A stretch of 63,777 nt of DNA, taken from positions 26,563,761 to 26,627,537 of the forward strand of contig NC_069001.1 in assembly GCF_001194135.2 (NCBI RefSeq), in the 5' to 3' direction. Origin of the DNA: Octopus bimaculoides. Taxonomy: Eukaryota. Shown here one piece after another: positions 53,675 to 63,777 of this stretch. Positions within the stretch are counted from its first letter, which is position 1; the number at the start of each line of letters is the position of its first letter. A model generated the notes under the pieces. The model did not search any database and had not been told where the DNA came from. It worked only from the letters and a program-made list of their open reading frames with translations. The position numbers were made by a program, and so were the translations under genes.

Positions 53675-53709
<35 letters not shown>

Positions 53710-53939
53710 AACGCACGTTTTGTATGTGCTTGTGAAAGAGAATATGCATATATGACAAGGCAGCAGACGCTTCGCAACTACGAAAGTGCGACTAAAGTAT
53801 ACTTTAATTGGCGGGAGCTTTTGTTGGTAGCATCAATCCTCATAATATATCACACAGTGGGATCGAAACCTGCATAACAAGACTGTGAAATAAGCTATGT
53901 TACCGCACAGCGATGTATTTTTTTTTGTTTTTGTGTGTT

Positions 53940-54240
53940 TGTGTCAGTCATTAGACTGCGAATACTGTAGGTCACCCCATGGAATGGCTTACTAGAACAA
54001 ATAGACCGAGTTTCCCTGTTCTTATTAAAATCTAGTATTTATATCACCCTCAACACAGAGCTACTAAATGATATGGATATATGACTGACCTTATTCACTT
54101 CCCGTCTACAGTATCTACTCACAACGCTTTGTTCGGCCCAGAACTATAGAATACATTTTATTAATCTACCAAGCAGGACTGAACACGGAGGAACATGATG
54201 TAATAGCAAACTACTTACCACGCAGCCATTGCTACGCCTA
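53940..54240 (-). mobile_element. SINE family A, old copy
   Basis: cagtcattagactgcg (tail) ... ttcccgtctac...actcacaacgctttgttcggccc...cttaccacgcagcca (head). Confidence 0.7.
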
Positions 54241-54563
54241 AATATGCATATATTTTTAAAACCTGCTCTGCTATTTTTCAGCTATGCATTTTGCCGAGTA
54301 GATAAGTATTCTAGATTACCAGCTGAAAGATTTCATTGATGCAAATTAAAGCCCCTTAATGTCAACGGCCTAATCTACTCCACCTAATTGTAGATATATT
54401 ATCAGTGGGTGGTACGGCAACTGGTGTGAAGAAAACATATACATTATTAATGACTGATTCATTGCCTAACTTAGTGGAGTTAAGTAGAATCTGTGTAGGC
54501 TTTAGATTTGCAAGAGATAAACTACAACTTTCTGATATATTTGTATGTATTACTTAGATACCA

Positions 54564-54923
54564 GGCGTGGCTGTATTAAGAAGTTTGCTTCGCAACAGCA
54601 TTTTTCCGGATTCGGTCCCATTGCATGGTGCATTGGGCAAGTGTGTTCTACTACGGCCTTGGGCCAACCAAAGCCTTGTGGGTGGATTTCGTTGACGGAA
54701 AATGAAATAAGCTCATCGTATATGTATGTGTGTGTGCCGATGTGTTTGTCCTCTACTACAGCTTGACGACCGATGGTGGTGCTTTTACGTCATCCATAAC
54801 TTAGCCCTCCGATAAAAGGGACCGATTAAATAAGAATCGGAGCTTGAAAAGAATTACTAGGGGTGATTAGTTCCATAAAAATTCTTCTAGGCAGTGCCAC
54901 AAAATCAAGTAAGTGATAAAAGA
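54564..54923 (+). mobile_element. SINE family A, full length (left arm of an inverted duplication)
   Basis: Head, core, short internal microsatellite and 3' half. Shares diagnostic variants with 55845-56250. Confidence 0.88.
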
Positions 54924-55256
54924 TGTATGTGTGTGTGTGCACGCGCGTGTGTAAATCAGCGTGTTGAAGCAATTGGCTACTATTTTTAGCCAGTTGAATA
55001 TATACAAATCCTCATGCTGCATCGGCTTCTTTTCATTCCGAGTGTGATGTTTGCATATAAATTTTAACGTGAGTTAATATGGATGAAAATTTGTATATCC
55101 GGCGGCAGAGCTGAAGCGTGCTTGTGCGTCACTGAGGAAGGTTTGTGACTGTCAAGACGATTGATACGTTACAGAATGAAGGTGCCAGTTTGACTTTGTT
55201 TTAGGAAATGAGAGAATCTGTTTAAAATAATTCGACCGGAAATTACAAACACAGAT

Positions 55257-55296
<40 letters not shown>

Positions 55297-55844
55297 ACAT
55301 ATACATAATACTCGCAAACAAAATCAGATAAGCGCAGAACGCTCCCACCCCAACCAGTTCCTATACAGAACTAATTTATAAATATTTGTTCCCCCCCCCA
55401 AAATGCCGCTCTTTCATAAACACACATAAAAATATGTAGTAAATACCATGTTCTCTCTTCGCTGTCCGCTACGGAATACACATCCACGCACAAGCACACA
55501 CATCAACACAAACACTAGGCATGTGTATATGTATATACTCAAACATGCACGTTGTTTCAATTCTTTTTTTGTCGCAATATTTATTTTGTTTTTCAATATT
55601 CTAGCATATACATATAATAAGAAAGAAGAATGTTCGCAAAGACATACAAATATAAAATTTAATCTGAAGAATTTATATATAATGGTAGTGAAATGAAAAG
55701 AAGACGATGTGTATTTCATCGATGCAGCAAAGAGATTTGTATATATATTCAACTGGCTAAAAATAGTAGCCAATTGTCTCAACACGCTGATTTACACACA
55801 CATCGCACGCGCACAATCACATAAACACACACACATACACACAT

Positions 55845-56250
55845 CTTTTATCACTTACTTGTTTTAGTCTTTAGACTCTGGCGATGCTGGGTCACTGCCT
55901 AGTAGAATTTTAGTGGAACGAGTCTACCCTAGTAATTCTTTTCAAGTACTGATTCTTATTCAGTCGGGCACTTTTGTCGGATGACGTTAAAGCATCACCA
56001 TCAATCGTCAAACTATAGTGGAGGACAAACACAAAGGCACACGCACGCATACATATACATGTATACATATACGATGGGTTTATTTCATTTTCCGTCAACC
56101 AAATCCACCCACAAGGCTTTGATTGGCCCAAGGCTGTAGTAGAATACACTCGCCCAATGCACCATGCGGTGATATTCACTATAGGAACACATCTAGGGTG
56201 ACATATCTGGAGAAACGATTCAACAGAGTAATAAAACGAAGCAAATATTG
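55845..56250 (-). mobile_element. SINE family A, full length (right arm of an inverted duplication)
   Basis: Reverse complement is colinear with 54570-54923. Confidence 0.88.
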
Positions 56251-56404
56251 CCACTGATAAAAATTCTAAATGTTTTTTAATCTTGCCTTATTTACGACCG
56301 CTTTTCGACTTTCAAATTACCTGAACATTTCTGTTATGCACTGTATGTAATTCGCCACTAACACCCAAGATTCGTATATCATGCTAGTATATTATATGCC
56401 TTAG

Positions 56405-56610
56405 GCAGCAGCGTCTTGGCCGGACCGTTAGCACGATGGGGAAAATGTTTAGCGGCATTTCGCCCGTCTTTACGTTCTGAGATCAAATTCTGTCGAGGTT
56501 GATTTAACATTTCGGGGTCGATAAAACAAGAACTTGTTGAGCACTAGGGTTGGCGTAATCAACTGGCCTTCCTCCCTCGAAGTTGCAAGCCTTGTGCCAA
56601 AATTTAAAAC
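56405..56610 (+). mobile_element. SINE family B copy
   Basis: ccgttagcacg...gcggcatttcgcccgtctttacgttctgagatcaaattc...ttcggggtcgataaa. Confidence 0.8.
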
Positions 56611-57769
56611 AAATATAGTATGTCTGTCTACTATGAAGAAATGTCATCGTCTCTAAGAGGACAGAGATTTGTATTGAAAGTAGATCAAATGCTAAGTATG
56701 TTAATTATATTTTCTATTATTTGCTTAAATTCCGAACGACACAACTCTGTATTCACTGCCACAGACGATTTAGCCTTTAATGATTAAGAATCAACGCTCT
56801 GCAATAGTTAGGTGAGATCTATAATGAAGCAATGCTCTCACTTTCTGGGATTGATATATTGTGGCACATACCGACATCCTAGACCACAGCTAGTAAGAGT
56901 CTTTTGACTAACTGATATTAAGCCTTTCACAAACACGATTCGACATTTGGGCCAGCCAATCTCTCTTTCTGGCTGTTCTCCTTTTACCGCAATAACCTCT
57001 CTGCCTTGAAGCTGACTGCTACATGCAAAAGCTACTCAAGCATTAACTATCTATTCATTCTTCCTCTTCTATTCATTCTTGTTGTATCGAAAAGCCCCAA
57101 GTCACGTGTAACTTACTACGCTTAGTCATTCCTTCTTAGAATATCGGTTTCCTGGAATATACATCGCGATTTATCAAACGTAGATTCGAGAGGCAAAACA
57201 ACCTGAAGGATTGCATATGATTTTGGTACTGTCACGACCTGCCACAGCCAGCAATTAAATGGAATAAAAAACATTAAAAAAAGAACTATTTGATGTTGGC
57301 ATTCACCCCTCCTATTCGTGCTACACATTATATTTCTCTGTTCTACAATTATTTGTCATTTATTCAAGCAAAAATTCCAGTTTTCATTAAAATTTGTCTC
57401 CTTCCAACGCCACTGCAATAAACAGATATCATATATCTATTGCATTTGTGGGTCATAAATGCTTTTCAGAGACATAACCCTTAGTGTGTAACTGTAAATG
57501 AAAATTAAAATTGAGCATTGACAGTTACTGACACAAACACGAAGGTAGATAAACAGGCAGACAGGCAGATAGACAAACCGATAGATAGATAGATAGTGTT
57601 ATAAACTTATGCGAATTTATGGTACATAAATACGTTCACAACACGCCGTTGAGATTTTTGCAGTTTACAATCTGGGATCTTTTTAAAAATAACAGATGTA
57701 TTGGATTTTGTGTTTATTGGTTATATCCCGTTCCATTAATTCATTTATTCGAATTAATGTTGATGTAAC

Positions 57770-58200
57770 GAATCATTTATTGAACTCAATCTTCCATTTG
57801 CAATTATTTCGTTTGATGGATTGATTCGGTAAGGAGAAAAAATATTTTAATTTTGTGCAATTTAATTTAAAATTCAAGTATAGCTGAGACTTGAGGGCAC
57901 CAGAACTGATGTGATTCCGTGTACACAAAATCATAGTGATATCACCTATGCAAAATCCTGCATAAATTACTCCTCTCACTACCCTGTTATATTGCATCCG
58001 TTTGGCATATTCGAGGAGTATACTGTCGTTATTGGTGTTTTTGTTATTATTCTATAACCTCAGGTGTACACTGATGAAAAAGAAAAGTCACTTTTGATGA
58101 AGGTTTTCCCAACCGTACACTTTCTCATTCGTTCAAGCATTGTTCATCTGAAATCATATTATCTAACGTGACCTTTAAAAGCAAGCGAACTTAACAGGAC
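57770..58200 (-). mobile_element. Degenerate LINE RT remnant (RTE-like)
   Basis: Minus frames read SVRLGKPSS (cf. GVRQGDPLSP), then FCIGDITMI (cf. YADD) and LNFKLNCTKLKYF (cf. GL.IN..KTK). Confidence 0.5.
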
Positions 58201-59454
58201 TGTTTGTCACTCTATCTAGTAATCAACTGAAAGAGCAATAGATTGGATCATTCAATAAAAATGTATTCAGTGATTTTCCTTCAAAAAAGGCTTCTATATA
58301 TAACCGCATAATAAAAGCAAACTGATTATCTCCATGATACATAGTTGGTGTTCCATAAAAATCTCACAGTACATATTACATTTTAATAATCATCTAATCC
58401 TTATCGGATGGACCTGTTGTCAAAGGTGTTCCAGCATTTAATATGTGAGTTGAGGATTTCGGAGATTACATTGTTCAATGTATATTTGCTTTAGATGGTA
58501 GATTGTGATATGAGATATATTCTGTTACTATATCTAACGATTGACGTGAAACAACATGCATTACTCGTAAATGGTTTAGTAATAACGGTTTCATTATCAT
58601 GAACGTGTTATGAATATATATGAGCAAAATTTCCTTCTATATGATGCTCTAACCAACATTCGCGTGGTCACAATGCAAAGACTCATAAGGTTTTATATAC
58701 ATCAAAATCTCAACATCAGTGTGCAGCAATTACAAGTAGTGTAGTTTTTGTTACATAGCCATCTTATTAATAATTAGCGTGTCCTAATATGATTCAAGTA
58801 GATAGCAAGTGCATATGATGCAAGTAACGAAACGAATTAAGATGGTGAATGGAGCATTAGATTTTGTGGTAAGTGTCAATGGAATCTAGGAACAACACCG
58901 AAAGGTATTGAGGAGATGAATATCAATATGGGTATCAAGTTTTGGCACAGGTTCAAAAGTTTCTGAACATGAAGGGGGATCAATTGTCACTAAGAATTTT
59001 ATGTGACGTGCCAGAGATCCTGCCACCGAACTTTTATAATGAACGCTACTATTAATTTAATCTATGTTTAGCAGTCGCAATGGTACCTCTAGCTCAGTTT
59101 AAAACTTATTAGTTCTCCTCGATGAAGTAGAGTCTGTTATAGAGCATGTCAGTTGAGCGATACCGGATTGCTAGAGGACGATGGTGATGATGAGGACGAG
59201 GGTGGTGATGATGATAGTTAAATAGAACAGTTTGATTCAAACTTCTTGGTACTCTAAGTTTTAAATGTATGGCTCGTTTTTGGATACTGAGGTCTGAATG
59301 AGAATTTGATTGAAGAGAGTCGATGTTTACTATCGGAAGTTAACATGCGATTAGTCGAGAAAAGTCACGCAGTATAGCGGTTTTATGTTGGTACTTCAGC
59401 GACAACAATTATCTGGAGAATACCGCATGGTGAGCAGGAAATCAACCACGCATT

Positions 59455-59560
59455 GGGTTTACTAGGTTTACAAAAAATAAGTCCTGGGATCGATTTCTTC
59501 GGTTAGGAGATCTTTTAAGGTGGTGCTCCAGCATGGCCGCAGTCAAATGACTAGCGTAGA
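59455..59560 (+). mobile_element. SINE family A, 3' tail fragment
   Basis: tactaggtttacaaaaaataagtcctgggatcgattt...ggtgctccagcatggccgcagtcaaatgact. Confidence 0.85.
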
Positions 59561-60082
59561 AGGAAATATGTGTGTGTATGTATATATATATATATATATA
59601 TATATTGTGAGGGGGAGGGAGATAAATAGAGAGGTAGATATATATAAACACACACATGTATATGTATGTGTGAGCTCATGGGTGGGGTGTGTGTGTGTGT
59701 GTGTATGTGTGTGTGCATGTGTATGCATTATATGAATCAAAATATATTCACACAAGCACTTCAAGTGAATCACAAACTCAGTTTAGATAGAATCCATTCA
59801 TACTTTCTTGCTTGTTCAGTATTATAAATAAGCAAGTCTTTTTATATCCTAAGCAACACTCTTGGCTATAAATGCAGATTGAAGCACTTCTGATTATTTC
59901 TTATTTGATATATCAAATAATTATCCATTTGTTGAAGTTTATTTTCCTTTACTGATAACCTACTCCATCAGTGTGTATGGTGTGGGCTGTTATGATTAAG
60001 TGTGGCTGCTAGAATTTAGACATAAAATGTAGCAAAATTGGCCGAATACGAGTGGTGGTCTAAGCATCAGTGATTTCTTTCC

Positions 60083-60514
60083 TCTTTTATTCTTGTTTCA
60101 GTCATTAGACTGTGGCCATGCTGTGGCCACTTTTAGTCGAATAACTGGACTTCATAGCACTTTTTTTTATTTTTAAACTTGTTACTTAGTCTGTTGACCT
60201 TTACGACAAAACCGACAAGTGAAGGGGACGTGAACACACTAACACCGGTTCTCAAGCACTGGTTGTGGACAAACATTGACACACACGCACACACACATAC
60301 ACATATATTTAAATCACCTTACCTATATANNNNNNNNNNNNATATATATATATATATAGGAAAAATTTCTTTCAGTTTCCCTCTACGAAATGAATTCAGA
60401 TGGCTCTGGTCGTCTCGGGTTTATAGACGGATACACCTACCTAAGGCGCCACAAAATAAGACTGAACCCGGAACCATGTGGTTGGGAAACAAACTTTTTA
60501 CCTCACAGCCACGC
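60083..60514 (-). mobile_element. SINE family A, full length, with a small gap in its internal (TA)n
   Basis: Tail ttgtttcagtcattagactgtggccatgctg; head gactgaacccggaaccatgtggttgggaa...cacagccacgc. Confidence 0.85.
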
Positions 60515-63500
60515 ATATTAGGTAGCATGAGATAGTAAGCTTTGGTTTGTAATGGAATCTGGCGCTTCGTCACTTATTCTACATTTAATTCATTTTTCAT
60601 AACTGAGATATAAATGTTCGAAAATTTGGAAAATGCATGATTCATTTACCCTACCGTATCACCACAAATTATACTTTGATCCCACCTGTAGGACATTGTG
60701 AATGACGATGCTTAAACGTTACATTCAAGAATATATTTAATAATAGTTAGGCCTCGTGTCTTCAGAGATTAATTCTTTTCCTTATTTTTCCCCCGTCAGA
60801 ATTTAATACAGAAAATACAGCATGTGAGCTGTTTCAGCTGTCTCTTGTAAAATAAGGAAATTAACGAGAAAATGAACGTTCAGCCATTACGTAACAACCA
60901 AGAAATAGCATAAAATAGAGAGGACAGCTTAGAAAGGAATTTGACGTTAAAATATCCACATCGAGCTTCTCGGCATCAAGCTCGGCATCCATGGCAGAGG
61001 TAGTATTGGGAGAAGAAACAGTGTTCTTGCGTCAAAGATCATCAGACCTTGCTCACATCTCATATATAACAACCAGATGAGATTAACAGCAGCTGTAGTA
61101 ATGTTAGTAACGCTAGAATGGTTGGACCAGCGGGTGTGTTCAATCCTGCTCGAGCAACGTACTTCACACAAATAAATAATAGCAGGATGAGTTAGCATCA
61201 TCCACGCCATCATAATCATCAATCTCTCCGCCATCATCGTTGCAAACATCAGCAATATTGATGGTAGTACAAGTAGTAGTAGTAGTAGTAGTAGCAGTAG
61301 CTGATTTTGATAGAAATGCTATCTCCATTCCATTCCTCTTTCGTAATGTATAAACTTTACACGATAATATCACAAAATGTATTACACATTTATATTCATA
61401 TTTGTCATCGAAAAAGTATCGATTCTGTTTCTTTTCGAACAGTGAGCACACAAAAATATACACATGCAAATTTACATATGTGTAGTGTATGTTGATATAT
61501 GGATAGATATCATATATATATATTTATGTATGTGTACGCATATGTATATACATATATATATATATTTATGTATGTGTACTCATATTTATATATATATATA
61601 TNNNNNNNNNNNNNNNNNNNNNNNNNNNNNNNNNNNNNNNNNNNNNNNNNNNNNNNNNNNNNNNNNNNNNNNNNNNNNNNNNNNNNNNNNNNNNNNNNNN
61701 NNNNNNNNNNNNNNNNNNNNNNNNNNNNNNNNNNNNNNNNNNNNNNNNNNNNNNNNNNNNNNNNNNNNNNNNNNNNNNNNNNNNNNNNNNNNNNNNNNNN
61801 NNNNNNNNNNNNNNNNNNNNNNNNNNNNNNNNNNNNNNNNNNNNNNNNNNNNNNNNNNNNNNNNNNNNNNNNNNNNNNNNNNNNNNNNNNNNNNNNNNNN
61901 NNNNNNNNNNNNNNNNNNNNNNNNNNNNNNNNNNNNNNNNNNNNNNNNNNNNNNNNNNNNNNNNNNNNNNNNNNNNNNNNNNNNNNNNNNNNNNNNNNNN
62001 NNNNNNNNNNNNNNNNNNNNNNNNNNNNNNNNNNNNNNNNNNNNNNNNNNNNNNNNNNNNNNNNNNNNNNNNNNNNNNNNNNNNNNNNNNNNNNNNNNNN
62101 NNNNNNNNNNNNNNNNNNNNNNNNNNNNNNNNNNNNNNNNNNNNNNNNNNNNNNNNNNNNNNNNNNNNNNNNNNNNNNNNNNNNNNNNNNNNNNNNNTAT
62201 ATATATTTCTCTCGCCTCTGGATTTCTTTTTCATCTTCTATTTTCTCGCCTAGTATCTTTTATCCTACATTTCTATATCCTTTCAAAATATCTCGCATTA
62301 CAATTCGTTGTGGCCTCACGGCCCTTAATGTTTGTCTTTGTCAACTCATCTGTTTACTCTGTACGTCCACTTTGGTGTCGTTTGTTCCTTCGAAGCCCTA
62401 ACGTTCCGTAAATTTTGTTTTAATAATTTCTGAAAGTTGCTGTCTTATGAAGTTTTTCTGTCTTGTTGTTGAAAGCCCGAAACAGGTAGTAATAAACAGT
62501 GGGCAACTGAGGAAGAGTTAGATTTCGTTTCGTATTTTATCCTCAACTTATCTCTCCTGTTTTTACGTATATTTCACTCGCTGGAGATGCGCTGTAACTA
62601 GTGTTTATTTTTAATTAATTAATCATATATATAATGACCCGTTTACAATAAACACTAATAGATAAACGATATATTCGACAAAAGTAGATGAGTTTAAATT
62701 CAGAATAAATCAGCTATTTCAATATGCCTTATGTTTACTAAAATCATTCGCAAATGAATTAAATGTATTTTAATATTTTCACAATCAACTTCTTAATATT
62801 AATTCATTTCCGGCCCTTTTCATGTTAGATGGCATCCTCAATGCTAATTAATTTAGTTTCTTTATTTCCGGTTTCATTGTAATTAATTATTTTCTCATTT
62901 GAAGCAATGAGAATGTTATATCGCCCACTTAAATATATGTCCCATAGTTTAATAATGGTACACAGCAAATATATTTCGTGTGCAAATAAACCTCATCTGT
63001 ATCTAACGATCAAATGTTGCTGAAGCCATTATGGGTGTCATAGTTTTCAGTCTTTTATTCATCTTGTATTATTCTACATCACATTGTAAGCATTTCTTTT
63101 TTTCTTAGAATAAATCAACAAAAATTCAAATTTGGCAATACTCATGCGTCTTAATCGTAGTTTTGTTCCCAAAATACATTTCAGCGGAGGATCATCGACC
63201 TACACATTTATAAATGTGGTGCCGATTTTTATAGTTTTTTCTAAAACGACGCTTCGTACAACAGATGTAAAATAAAAAAAATAATAATTAATCATCTGGA
63301 TTATTGCTCTCGATTATTCTATAAGCACGAAAACCTCCTTTTTTACTAATGTCATGAATTATTGATGTAAACAATAAACAGTAAATGTAAAACAAACAAA
63401 AAAGAATAATATTTCGTTGCTTGGGGCAAAGCTACTAGCGATGTACATATAATATCATACATAATAGGATAACTGTATTTTTTTCCCTCACAGTACATTA

Positions 63501-63671
63501 TGAATACTAAGCAGACATTTTTTCGAGCGTTACTATAAATAAACATTCAAAATGTGACATTTCGTTAAAAGATATATTCAAATTTGTGTTATTTTATATC
63601 TTCAAGTATAAATAATAATGTAATATAAATACTGATGATGATGAACAATACTATTATTTTTTCTTCTTTTC

Positions 63672-63672
63672 A

Positions 63673-63720
<48 letters not shown>
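63672..63720. repeat. (ATT)n microsatellite
   Basis: Directly visible. Confidence 0.95.
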
Positions 63721-63721
<1 letters not shown>

Positions 63722-63777
63722 GCTGCTGTTGTTTTGTTCTTGTTATGAAAATGACTTTAAAGATTTTTCTTATTCTT

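Larger units (their letters stand above)
2345..62197. other. 14 assembly gaps (N runs) spread through the window
   Basis: N runs at 2345-3150, 3885-4828, 10241-10621, 13869-13878, 17542-17740, 22301-22788, 25351-25535, 30781-31100, 35181-35772, 40465-40601, 44954-45126, 50548-51296, 60330-60341 and 61602-62197. Most are bordered by (TA)n or (TG/CA)n. Confidence 0.99.

Noticed and set aside
57130-57245. Exon candidate with a GTAAGT donor (minus strand)
   Set aside because: All tested acceptor and frame combinations hit a stop before the donor.
58094-58120. Hammerhead-like TGATGAAGGTT-TTCCC-AACC
   Set aside because: GAAA is missing, and the opposite strand is better explained as the RT GVRQG-like motif of a LINE remnant.
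6349-61495. Many YI/HT/CV/poly-L ORFs
   Set aside because: Translations of (TA)n, (CA)n, (TG)n and trinucleotide microsatellites.
2258-62411. Long ORFs (100-350 aa) in the track that span N runs
   Set aside because: They are open only because NNN translates as X.
1-63777. A novel multi-gene system or operon-like cluster
   Set aside because: There is no intact long ORF, no recognisable domain cluster and no RNA gene array. The window is dominated by repeats.

Overview
AT-rich eukaryotic genomic DNA from a draft scaffold, with 14 N-gaps (about 5.6 kb in total), almost all bounded by (TA)n or (CA/TG)n tracts. The repeat landscape (three tRNA-headed SINE families, dense microsatellites, eroded LINE and DNA transposon fragments) suggests an octopod cephalopod, probably Octopus. 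That is my inference, not a database result. No ORF in the supplied track is a credible intact gene: nearly all are microsatellite or N-gap artefacts or SINE read-throughs. The window looks intronic or intergenic, with several short candidate exons bounded by canonical splice sites. The best are a 153-nt exon at 40176-40328(-) and a phase-compatible four-exon chain from 12529 to 6111(-); I cannot assign any of them to a known protein. The most notable structures are: (i) a roughly 470-560 bp inverted duplication around a 654-bp spacer (54570-56250), a potential long dsRNA hairpin; (ii) a perfect 19-bp minisatellite derived from a SINE-internal motif (47688-47835), next to a nested SINE with a 14-bp TSD; (iii) a SINE family with an internal expandable microsatellite that coincides with 5 of the 14 gaps; (iv) a repeat family sitting in (TAA)n tracts, as R4/Dong elements do; and (v) four degenerate hammerhead-like motifs of Penelope type. 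I found no convincing novel multi-gene system.
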